DNA from: Kudoa neothunni
Taxonomy: Eukaryota; Animalia; Cnidaria
Assembly: GCA_964304625.1 (NCBI GenBank)
Contig: OZ199838.1
Coordinates: 10,547,817 to 10,611,816, forward strand
Direction: 5' to 3'
Length of the DNA: 64,000 bases
Positions within the stretch are counted from its first letter, which is position 1, and each line of letters opens with the position of its first letter. The notes beneath the pieces are model-generated. The model was not told where the DNA came from. It saw only the letters and a program-made list of their open reading frames with translations, and did not search any database. Positions 1 through 10,711 of the stretch are shown piece after piece. The translations under genes were made by a program, and so were the position numbers.

Positions 1-1579
1 ATACGTGCAAGTAGATATTATATCCGAAAATTCAACAAAATCGTCGGATATTGGAACAGTAACAATATATTTTTTCGTGAATTCCTAAAAAATTAATATT
101 CAAACTACTTTAAAATAACATACATCTTTTAAATCATTTAATAATCGAGGTAGCAATGTCCCAGTGTTAACATAGCGGTGTGCTGTAGCTGTAATAACAT
201 GCACGCTCTTCCTGATTATTTTCTAAGGTGTGCATATAATGTGCAACTGAACATCAAAAACGTACGGAATAATATTGATAAATATTGTTTAGTTGAGTTA
301 CCATGGTAAGGTAAGTCTGATATTTTTCCAAATAATATGCCAGCGTTCGAAGATCTGTATTATACTAACGGAATTGGGATTGTACACATGCACAATAAAA
401 ATGCAATAATACGGCATTATTATGAATTATTATGTCATTTGAATCGCAGGAAAATTTTTTAGTTTTGGTCAGCACTGACAACTATATTAATCAAAATAGA
501 TTTTGGAAATGATTTCAAATTAATGTACTGGTTCATTCTCAAAAACTTGAATTGTATTAGTTATAACGACGATGTGTTTACGAATGTGAAATTGGTCACC
601 TCCAAAATGTTGCTTAAATAATCGTTTAATATTTGCACAAACGCCCATATCGATACTTGATTGCATATCATGGTTGATAATATTGAATCAAATATTTCAC
701 GAGAATATCCTACATTTTTTTCCATTTTCAGGAACAGATGTCCCTACAATGTTATCACATTGAGTTCACATCAAAACGCAAATACTGCCGTGGTATGAGA
801 AGCCAAACTTTCAAATGTCCCGACATATTTTTGTCTATAATTGATTAATTTTGAAAGAATGAAATTCAAATCATTTAACTGTGTAGTTCCGTATATTAAA
901 CCAAGGTTAATACTTGTGAATGCACTTTTGAAACCTGCGCCTTGAACTTTTTATATAAAATAATTATTCATGTAAATAATAACTTGTTTACATTTAATTT
1001 TTAATTGTTCCTCTAAATATATTATGGCTGGGTGTACATAATTTGTAATATCAGCTATGAAAAAAATCTGTGTCTCTTGGTTGTGGCTGTCACTTAGAGG
1101 AATCTCAAGAACAGTATTTATCTCTAATAGCTGCAGAATTATTTTTATTTTTAAAAAGCAATAACACTTGTATTAATATCTGTGTTATGTATTCTTGTGT
1201 CGTCTTCTACAGTCACCCCGGAGGATTTATCTTCCAATAAGTTCTATTTTATGGATAAACACGCTCTAACGACACAATTGATTACATCAGCAGGTGCTTT
1301 GGACATGTAAAGGATCCCACAACTTGTAAAAGTAACTTGCTTAGGAATACATCGATCTACATCTCGGTAACCCTTTAACATTGGTAATCTTAGTAAGTCT
1401 CAAAGCAACTACTGCATCAGAACACCAACGATTATTGTCAGATATGCATCGACGACATTGGTCTTCCAATGTTTGTTGAGTGATACGTGCGACTATAAAT
1501 GTATGAAATTTTTCCGATATACAAACCAACAAATACAATAATTGAGCCCGAATATTACAGCCAGTGAGTGAACTATCAT
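1..1579 (-). CDS. Divergent integrin beta-like protein, copy 1 (multi-exon, runs off the window start)
   Basis: Hand splicing of ~12 GT-AG introns of 35-50 nt from ATG 1579 gives a signal peptide (MIVHSLAVIFGLNYF), PSI-like QCRRCISDNNRWCSD..RC..SC, and a betaI-like domain (QETQIFFIADITNY; SINLGLIYGTT; SREIFDSILSTMICNQ; RKHIVVITNT). This aligns collinearly with integrin beta motifs YPVDLYYLMDLSYS, NFRLGFGSF, PEGGFDAIMQVAVC, RLLVFSTDA. The track ORF 1341..1538 is exon 2 read through its flanking introns. Confidence 0.75.
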
Positions 1580-2072
1580 TTCAATACCTTACTTAATTCG
1601 TTATCAAAGTGAATATCATATTTTATAACAATAATAATCGGATACATTATACTATTGAGTGAAAAATGAGACCATTAATCGGCGTTTTCGCCAAATTTTG
1701 AGCCAAAAATCGATGAATTGATCGAATATTTAGACAGATAAATAAATGCCAAATTTTTCTAATATTAAAACAGAATTTTTTTGTTTCACATTCTCCCTCC
1801 GTAAAATAATTATCTTTCTCATCTTCTAATATGAATTTAAATAATTTAGACCTCTCAAGTTATTTTGAATTAATTCTCATCAGCATATTAAAAGCAGATA
1901 GTCAATTATAAAAAGTGATAGATGCAAACACCTACGTAATATTTAAGATGTACTGAGTATTCGACCTCCTTATCAACAGTTCCCACTAACCATTAACAAC
2001 TACGAATCAAAACCTAAATTACGAAAATTAAATATGTACAATCGAAGATTTTATTTGATTAGATAATCTACG

Positions 2073-2159
2073 TGTAGTGCGTTGCCGAGAAAACGACACT
2101 GCTTAAGTTTTAAACACTAAAACGAATGTCTGCGAAAACCGAGTTATGGCGATGCTTCA
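2073..2159. mobile_element. 87-bp TG...CA insertion (solo-LTR/TRIM-like) upstream of copy 1
   Basis: Absent from the paralogous site (8222 ctacg). Flanked by ctacg (2068-2072) and ttacg (2160-2164). Starts TGTAG and ends TTCA. Confidence 0.5.
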
Positions 2160-3082
2160 TTACGAATGGTAAATAAGTTAGGTTTGATCGTGGTAAGTGG
2201 TTATTATATACGAATATTATTCGCACTGACGTGGTTTTGAATAAGACTAACTTTATCTGATGCATATGAATGTAATAATAGATCAGAATTGATCAAATAC
2301 GTAAGATTCATAAACAGTAATCTCTGATAACAACATATAATTGTGAGATATTAGGGCCAAAAATGAAAATAGCGTATACTTGCCGCAAAGTTAGGGTTAA
2401 TATTATCGTGAAAATTTCCTTTGATTTTATTTTAAAAAATGCTCACCTAAAGCATTGTGATCAAGTCATAATTAAGCTATTCCTATAGTATATTACTACA
2501 GATCATTTCTTATTCTTAAAGATTAATATAACATCCAAAAATAGTTAGATCTTGGAAATATTTAAAATTTATAACAAAATGATTTAAAAAATCAAACTTC
2601 TCATAAATTCACTTTCAATATAAAAATTTTTTGATGTAACACAGAAGAGCAGATGACAGATGTTCCAAATTGAGATTATAGTTGGATCGAAAATGAATCT
2701 TATTATATTAATTGAAAGTAACTTTTGACGCGGTAAATAATATTCAGGTCTCATTAGTTTGAACTATACCTAATTATTTATAACCCACCGCTTCGCACTC
2801 AAAAGTCAGAATTAATTAAATATAGAAGATTCTAAGAAGAATAAATTTGTATACAGCTTGTGAGTAAGAGATTCTGTGATTAAAATTCCTAAAGCGTATG
2901 CCTACATGCCTTTAAGATCAAAACTTATCGTGCGAATAGCCTCTGCCTTTGAGTAATTGCGTCTTTATAAATATTTAAAACAAAAATTTCGTGCGACATT
3001 AGCTTATTTATCTATATGATTTGTTAAATTTTATTGCAACAAAAATTCAACAAGGAATAAAAGAAGACTGGAAGCCTGTTTT

Positions 3083-3107
3083 ATAATAATAATAATAATA
3101 ATAATAA
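3083..3107. repeat. (AAT)n microsatellite
   Basis: About 8 perfect TAA units. Confidence 0.9.
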
Positions 3108-3519
3108 CAGCTAAAGAATAATTGATTCTCTAATAAAATAGTATCTTAAGGATTGAGTGTATTCTTGGTTATACATATAACATAATATCAATATTTTTTT
3201 AAATGTAATGTGGTTTATATTACAAAAAAACAATCATCTTTTTAAAGGCGGTCCTTACATTATTTAGAAAATTAGTATTTTATCTAGCGATTATACGATA
3301 GAATACTCTTCTTTATCGTATGGATTTTGTGATTTTCTTTAGAAACAAAGACTAACTTTTTTAGAACAGGTCAAAAATTTTTTTATGATTTCGTTAACAT
3401 TGAGAAAGCGTCTGCAACAATTCCAACAAATATGAGCATGTACCATTATATGATATCAATATCGGTGATTACAGAAATTTGTAGTACTCGCACATGTTTG
3501 AAGTTATGAAATATAGTGT

Positions 3520-5222
3520 CAGGGCATCCCTAGTTTGGACTTAATTACTGTATTAGGAATGAAAACCCCCGAATGTCTGTCGTTTTTAAAAATCCTTCGA
3601 AATGAATTAAATGAAATCATCAACCCTTAAATAACATTTGTAATCTTTACATCCCGCCCATTCATTTGATGGCGAAATCGTATTTAAAAAAAAGGAAATC
3701 ATGTATAGAGCTCCAAGTACAGTGCCGGAATTTGATTTCACACAGGAGAAATCAGTAACTACAGCATCTTATTTAGTAGCGCAACGTATAACAAAAACAA
3801 AGAAACATACGGCATTGCTAAAAGTTGATTATACATCGCGCCCTAGACATAGTTGAACTTGTATGTGTAGACGAAGCAAAACAGAATCTTCCAATTGTTC
3901 TACTCTCAAAAGACACCATTAATAGACGCATTTCTGAAATGTATCGACTATTTGTGAACAAATAACTGATTAGATTAGATTCAACAAAACAAGAATCCCT
4001 TTAAAATTGGATGAGTTCTATGATTTAACCAATTTTCTCAACCTATTGTTTTTTCTCGTTACGTTTGTTGAACTATGCCGAAAATTAATGACATTTATGT
4101 TAACATTTAACAAGAACCATTAAAGCCGTTAGTAAAATGAAAAAATGGAAGATTTTTTCAAAGGCACGACTTTTCGTGAGAAATGGTTGGATCAGTATGT
4201 ACAGATGGAGCCCGAATTATGATAGGAGCGAAGCGAAAAGCACCACATATAATGACAATGCATTTCATTATTCATAGATATGCTTTAACCCCAAAAACTC
4301 TTCCAGGTGAGTAAAAAATTGTCATGTGAAAAGTTTTCAAAGTTGTAAACTTCATTAGAACGAGATCATTAGGTTATCGTGTGTTCAAAGCGTTTGATTG
4401 GGAAATGGAGTTCGGGCATCCTGTTTTCTTACTTGTAACTGAGATAACGTGGTTTTGTTATGGATCGGGTTTGGGCCGCGTGTTTGAGGTTCTTACTGAA
4501 GTAGAGATTTTTTTCCACGACCGTAATTCAAAGCTTGACAAGGACTTTTCTGATCCTACTTTTATCGCCTACACAGCATATCTAACCGATATATTCAGTC
4601 GATATAATCAAGTCAACAAATGGCTTCAAGGAACTTGGATAACCGTTGTTGTAGTGCGTAAGAAAATGGTAGCTTTCTAGACAAATCTAGATTTGTGGGC
4701 AAGATGGATTTATCAAAAAAATTTTCGAAATTTGGAAAAGTCCATTAATGAAAGGTGTGATACATAAATCTTAGATAAACGAAAGTATGTGGACTATTTG
4801 AAAATCTTAAGGGGTCATTTTCTTTATTAACTATTTGTTTAATGACGTGATTCCGACAGAGAGATGAATTTTGAATCCCTTTGCTTTTCAGCTATATGAA
4901 ATAAACGATAACGACCCAACTAAGGATGAATTTATGGATATTTAATCGTCCGTTCCTCTTAAAGAAAAATTTGAGAGGGTTGATGTTTATTTTTTTGTAA
5001 ATTTTTGATAATCTTTTCCTTACTTTACCCAGCGGACCTATCAAATGATTATTCCCTTTGCGCTCACGTGCTTATGTGAATAAAGATTCTCAACGTTAGT
5101 ATAAATAATGACAAATCAGGAACAGTTAGAACACAATTGATAATATGAGACTAGCAATCATATCCACAGATCCTCTAATAAGCAAACTGATTGATTCGAA
5201 GAATCATTAATGTTCCCATTAA
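3520..5222 (+). pseudogene. hAT (Buster/Charlie, ZBED8/SCAND3-like) transposase, decayed
   Basis: Fragments TASYLVAQRITKTKKH, LLSKDTINRRISEM, VCTDGARIMIG, HFIIHRYAL, LGRVFEVLTEVEIFF, AYLTDIFSRYNQVNKWLQG and a C-terminal CSH*. Many stops and frameshifts. Confidence 0.88.
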
Positions 5223-5845
5223 TGGTATCCTTAGTGCTTTGAATATTTTTGATATTTTTCAAAATAATTGACTGTGTAATTTTGATTTAAAAATTTGTTT
5301 TTGTATACTGGATATGAAGATAAATTGTTTTATTTATTGATTGATTGATTTGTGTAACTATATTTAAAAAAATCAAACGTTTTTTATCAATGGTTTTATC
5401 CTAAGCATAAAGATGCGTATGCTCCACAGTGTATTATTTAGCTTAACTAGTACAAAACCTTAAGGTAAATATGAATTTAATAGCCAAGTTAAGGGGTTAA
5501 ATTTTTAAAAAATGGGTGAGAAGCTCTAAGGTATAGAAAGCGAATTGCCCAAGTCAAATAAGGAGACTTTGGCTATTAAAATTACTTTTTTGAGATTTTA
5601 ATAGTTTATCTATTAACAACAAAAGTTTCATAAGATTATAGCTATGAAAATTGATTATTTAATAAATTGTAAGGTGCCTTAAATTCCCAAAATATTGTAT
5701 AAACAGCGAAAATGACTCAGCATATAGCCAATGAATCAATAATAAACGTTATCTAGGCTTCCATGTGGATCAAAGAATAAGAATCAATATAATTCTTAGG
5801 AGTTGCGAGCGATTATTATATGGATAGAGTTTAGTCTTAATGTAA

Positions 5846-7726
5846 TCAAATTACGTATGAATTATGAGTATGGTTTTCACATTCACAAGAGCACAAATCT
5901 TGAGTGAGGAGGAATTGATAATTTTTCCCAAATACTGAAACTTCATATCTTGATGAATATAGAAAAATGTTAGAAAAAAAATTATACCTTCTTTCTATAG
6001 TTTCTGTGAGTGAGCATTTTCTAACTTCTAATGAGACCAAAATGGTTGCAGTAGAATTATGATCACATCGTAAATATAAACGTGAAACCCTAAAAAATTG
6101 TTCAGAAGGTACTTAAGTTTATGGTAGCAATGCCTGCAGCTAGACGATGTAAATGAAAATTCTACAAAATCGTTAGATAATGGAAAAACGAGAATATGTT
6201 CGTTCGTGCATGTCTTAAAAAAATTAGTTGAACTACTATAAAAAACCATACATCTTTAAAATAATCCAATAATTCAGATAAAAGTTTATTTGGTCTTTGG
6301 TTAGAATAACGGAATACTCTCGCTGGGATAACATACTTGCTGCCATCCAATACTTCCTAAGGCGCGCATAAAATGTGCAATTAAACCCCACCAAACATAC
6401 GTCATAATATTGTAATAGTTCTCTTGATTGAGTCATTATATAAACTACAGTCTGATATTTTACCAAATAATATCCCAATGTTTTGCGATCCATATGATAC
6501 TAATAGAATTGGAATTGCTCATATGTACAATAAATAAAAGCAATAATACGGCATTATTATGAACTATTTCATTATTTGAATTACAAGAAAATGTTCTAGT
6601 TTTAATCAACATTGACAACTATTTTAATCAAAATAGATTTAAAACGTGAATTTAAATAAATGTACCAGTTCATTATCCAAATATTGTATTGTATTAGTTA
6701 AAAGAACGATGTATTTACGAATGTGAATTTTGTCATGCCCAAAATGTCCCTTAAAGGATCAATAACAACCTACAGAAACCCCCATATTAATACTGGGTTG
6801 CATATCATAGTTGATAGGAGTGAATCAAATATTTCACGAGAATACATGTTTGTAGTTTTTCTCATCTGCAAAAATAGACGTTGCTATAATGTTATCACAT
6901 TGAGTTCACATCAAAATGAAAATACTGAAGCGGTATGAGAAGCCAAACTTTGAAATGCTCCAACATAATTTTTTCTATAATCGATTTATTTTGTAAGAAA
7001 GAAATAAAAATAATTTAACTGTGTAGTTTTGTATATTAAACCAATTTTAATACTTCCAAATGCACTTTGGAAATCTACGTCTTGAACTTTTTTTATATAA
7101 AATATACTTATTTACTTAAATAATAACTTATTTACGTTTAATATTTAATTGTTCTACCGTATATTCTATTGTGGAATCCAAATAGTTTGTAATATCCACA
7201 ATGAAAAAAACATGTTTCTCCTGATTGTTATTTGGAGAAATTTCAATACTAGTATTTATCTCTAATAACCGCGGAATTATTTTTATTTTTAAAGAGCATT
7301 AATACTTTTATTAATGGGTGGGTTATGTATTTTTGTTTCTCCTTCTACAATAAGTCTTGGGGACTGATCTTTAAATAAGTTCTATTTTATGAATAGATGT
7401 GCTCGAACCACAAAATTGTTTACATCAATCGGTGCTCTTGGCATGTGAATGTTCCCACAACTTGCGAAAGGAACCCCTTTAAGAATACATCTATCTTCCT
7501 TTTGGTAATCCTTTAACATCGGTATATAGTCTAATAATTCTAAAAGCAACTACTGCATCAGAACACCAGCGATTATTGTCAGATATGCATCGACGACATT
7601 GGTCATCCAATGTTTGCTGACCCTGACAGCCACAGACTACCATCATTGTAAGAAATTTATCCAACATACAAACAAATAAATACAATAAATGAGTACAAAT
7701 ATTGCGACCATTAAGTGAACCATCAT
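5846..7726 (-). CDS. Divergent integrin beta-like protein, copy 2 (signal-PSI-hybrid-betaI-hybrid; no EGF/TM exons found)
   Basis: ATG 7726, ~13 short introns at positions homologous to copy 1. Spliced product includes MMVHLMVAIFVLIYF, QCRRCISDNNRWCSD, KHVFFIVDITNY, SREIFDSLLSTMICNP, RKTLGYYLVKYQTVVYIMTQ, LVSLEVRKC and QDLCSCECE (cf. integrin beta 'C.C.CE'). The 3' end beyond ~5855 is uncertain. Confidence 0.75.
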
Positions 7727-8379
7727 TTCAATACCAAACTTAATTATTTACCAAATTTAATATTGAATGTTGTAATAATAATCGGATACATTATATTACT
7801 GGGTGAAAAATGAGGTCATTCACCTGTTTTCACATTTGTTGAGTCCCAAATTGATGAGTTGATCGAATTTTTAGGCAGTAAAATAAATTCAAATCACTAG
7901 TATTGAACTATTATTTTTTTGGTTAATTTTCCTGTGGAGAAATAATTCTTACTGACCTTTTAATATGTATTTAAATTATTTAAATTTATTGGGTTATTTT
8001 AAATTAATTCATATTTGCATGTTAAACGCAGTTATATATCCATAAACTCAGAGAGTTAATTACAAAAAGTGATGGATACAAACACCTATGTAATATTTAA
8101 GCTGAACTGTGTATTCGATTTCCTTATCAACGGTTCACATCAATTATTGACAACTACTAATCCGAACCTAAATTACGAAAATTAAATAGGTACATTCGAG
8201 GATTTTATTTGATTGAATAATCTACGAATGGGAAATAAGTTAGGTTTGATCGTGGGAAGTGGTAATTACATACGAATACTATTCAGATAGATGTAGTTTC
8301 GAATAAGGCTGACTTTAATTGATATATAAAAATATAACAATAGATCATAATTGATCAACTACGTTAGATTCATGAACAA

Positions 8380-8990
8380 CTAGTGCGAACTGCCCAGCTT
8401 CGCACGGGATTGGGAAAATTTTATCATAGAAGAATACGGTCAAAAAATAAAGAAATATAAGACTCTTGAGTAGCCTACAGGAGAAATTAAACAAATATTG
8501 TATTAACTATTACACTTTTAATGACTGTGATGGGCACGGTAAAAAATTGAGATCATTTTTGAGAGATTAAAAAAGTATAAGCCCTGAATAACTCGATAAT
8601 AACTTTATCCGACACATTTTTATACATTCTTTCCTCAAAATCGTTGTATAGCTTCTTAATATGAACAAAAATATTTAAATAATTAGATAAAATAAGATTT
8701 CAATCTATACATTAAATTTTATTGCTCAAAATTAAGTTTAACGGTCGCTATAACGAAATTTGGGGGCCTATTTTCAGCATGTAGATGTAGGGGTTGAATC
8801 CATCTCATTAAAACCTAAACTTCCGATTCTTCATTTATTTAGCAAATTTACATATTTTTGCTATATTACACGCAATCCATATAACTATAAAAGTGTACTC
8901 ATCAAGTCAGATATATTAAAGTTCCAAAAATAAGGAGTGTATTTGCACAAACACCCAAATGGACATATCTATTTTAAATGCACAGATAGA
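8380..8990 (-). mobile_element. Non-autonomous Helitron
   Basis: On the minus strand it ends in a GC hairpin (cccgtgcgaagctggg) followed ~9 nt later by CTAG|T. The putative 5' end is A|TCTATCT at 8990. Removing it restores aacaa-taa, matching aacag-taa at the paralogous site (~2313). The 5' boundary is less certain than the 3' boundary. Confidence 0.6.
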
Positions 8991-9590
8991 TAAACGAAAC
9001 AAGATGTATCTTGAAATCGTGTATTTATATCTTAAACTTAAACTACTAAAAACGTTCAAAATAACTTACTAAATTCAGTGTACATACGTGTCGTTATGCA
9101 TAAACAAATATAATCCTATTATTGAAGCCATGTAATCCGTTTAACAAATTTTACATCGAAGACAACACAATTTCCTACATTATTTTTGAATTTATATCTG
9201 TGTAATAACAAATAAAAAAATTTGAATGATCGTAAACCATTAGAAGTTACATCAATATCTATCTATAATGAAAAAAATTTTGCTGCACATGCGTACTTAG
9301 GGTACACACAAACGTGCTGACAGTCCTCCGTTATACGGTAGGTGACCGTTATTTCGTAGGACCGATAATTCATAACTTTCTTTGAAACTTTATCCATCCA
9401 GTTAAATTTATCAAATAACATGTATTATGAGTTCTTAATTAAATATAAGAGTTATTTTTTTATTTTGTGAAATAAAAAGTTTTAAAATTGTGTAATAACC
9501 GATAATTCGTAATTATTTTTAACGGCCGAAAAATGAATTCACAAATTCATAATTCTTCAAGAGAAATATGATATAATTACATATTATGAG

Positions 9591-10641
9591 CTAATTTACA
9601 GTTCAGTTGAATAAATTGGGTATGTTCGGCTTCCCTCGACGAATAAAAACTAATATAAAAGATAAACTTATTTTAATGTAAATATATTGCGTTAATTGTT
9701 TTATATACATCGGAAATGTATTTTATGGATTTTTTCTTAAAATGGTACTTACTCTGAGAGATAGGAACCAATTAATTACGACTTTTTGTGAGTTATATGT
9801 CGGTATTTTCTTCTTCTTGCATCCCCAATTGCTTAGATACGATTGATATGTATACCTTCCCGTTTCTTCAATTCAACCGAGTGATTTACCGTCTCATGGC
9901 TACAGTAAATAGCACCCAGGTTGTTGTAACCAGTCCAGCAATCTGTTTAAAGTACAGACCCAGGATGAACATTTTGAATTATTATATGTTCAAGTGCAGT
10001 TTTATTTCGAATGAGGCTTTGAACTTGAAATATATTACCATATGAGTTTATACTACCAACGATCCATATGTTTTGATTTACTGAAACTCTTCCTCGGTGA
10101 TACTTACGTTTGCAAATATGTGATTCATCAATTTGTACTACCACTGCGTGTCCTCCGATTCTTTCATTACTTAAATCAAAGTAGTTGACATAAATTTTTC
10201 TGATAAAATTCCTCAAGTCACAAATTGTATTGTCGGAACCCATTTGCAGTTGTTTCGACAACTGTGGTGGATACGACATTTGGATATCATTGACTTCTAT
10301 ATAAATCAATGCAAAGATTTGCCACGGCGTTAGTTTGGAACCCTCGAAAAATGTCCCTCTTCTAACTTAAATTTTTTTTACACATTGGACACTTGAAAAA
10401 ATATTTATCAATAATAGAATCTTTTTTAGCAGCATTAACACGTCACAACTATCGCACATTCTCTCTCTAGGCATAAGTTTAAGTTTTTGTAAGAGTGATA
10501 TTTGTTTTCCTATGTCATTCTATATTTCAAAAAGATGTTCTAACAAAAAATCATTAATATTTTCGAATGTAAATTCCATCGCGCTATAAATTCCGATTGA
10601 TGACGATAAACGAGGACGAATTCCACTGAACTGTAAATTAG
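9591..10641 (-). mobile_element. Merlin (IS1595/ISXO2-like) DNA transposon with disrupted transposase
   Basis: 21-bp inverted repeats ctaatttacagttcagt(t/g)gaa at 9591-9611 and 10621-10641. ATG 10579; motifs RIGGHAVVVQIDES..KRKYHRGR, NVHPGS..TDCWTGY, HETVNHS; internal stops. Confidence 0.88.
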
Positions 10642-10711
10642 TCGGGTTTTATTTCGTTCCTGTACCCCGGCTTTTATAAGCACTCGAGTTCTACCCCTCC
10701 GTCAGGTTCCA

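Larger units (their letters stand above)
1..2320. repeat. Segmental duplication unit A (paralogous to ~6130..8379)
   Basis: Collinear similarity across exons, introns and ~700 bp of upstream sequence, e.g. 744..785 vs 6884..6925 differ at 3 of 42 nt. Confidence 0.92.

Noticed and set aside
3300-3530. Missing TM/cytoplasmic exons of integrin-like copy 2 (minus strand WYMLIFVGIVA.., QNPY)
   Set aside because: Interrupted by stops, no true NPxY, and it abuts the 5' region of the hAT element.
10645-10711. tRNA-like 3' end (..CCA) or primer-binding site
   Set aside because: Poor T-arm pairing and no adjacent LTR ending in CA.
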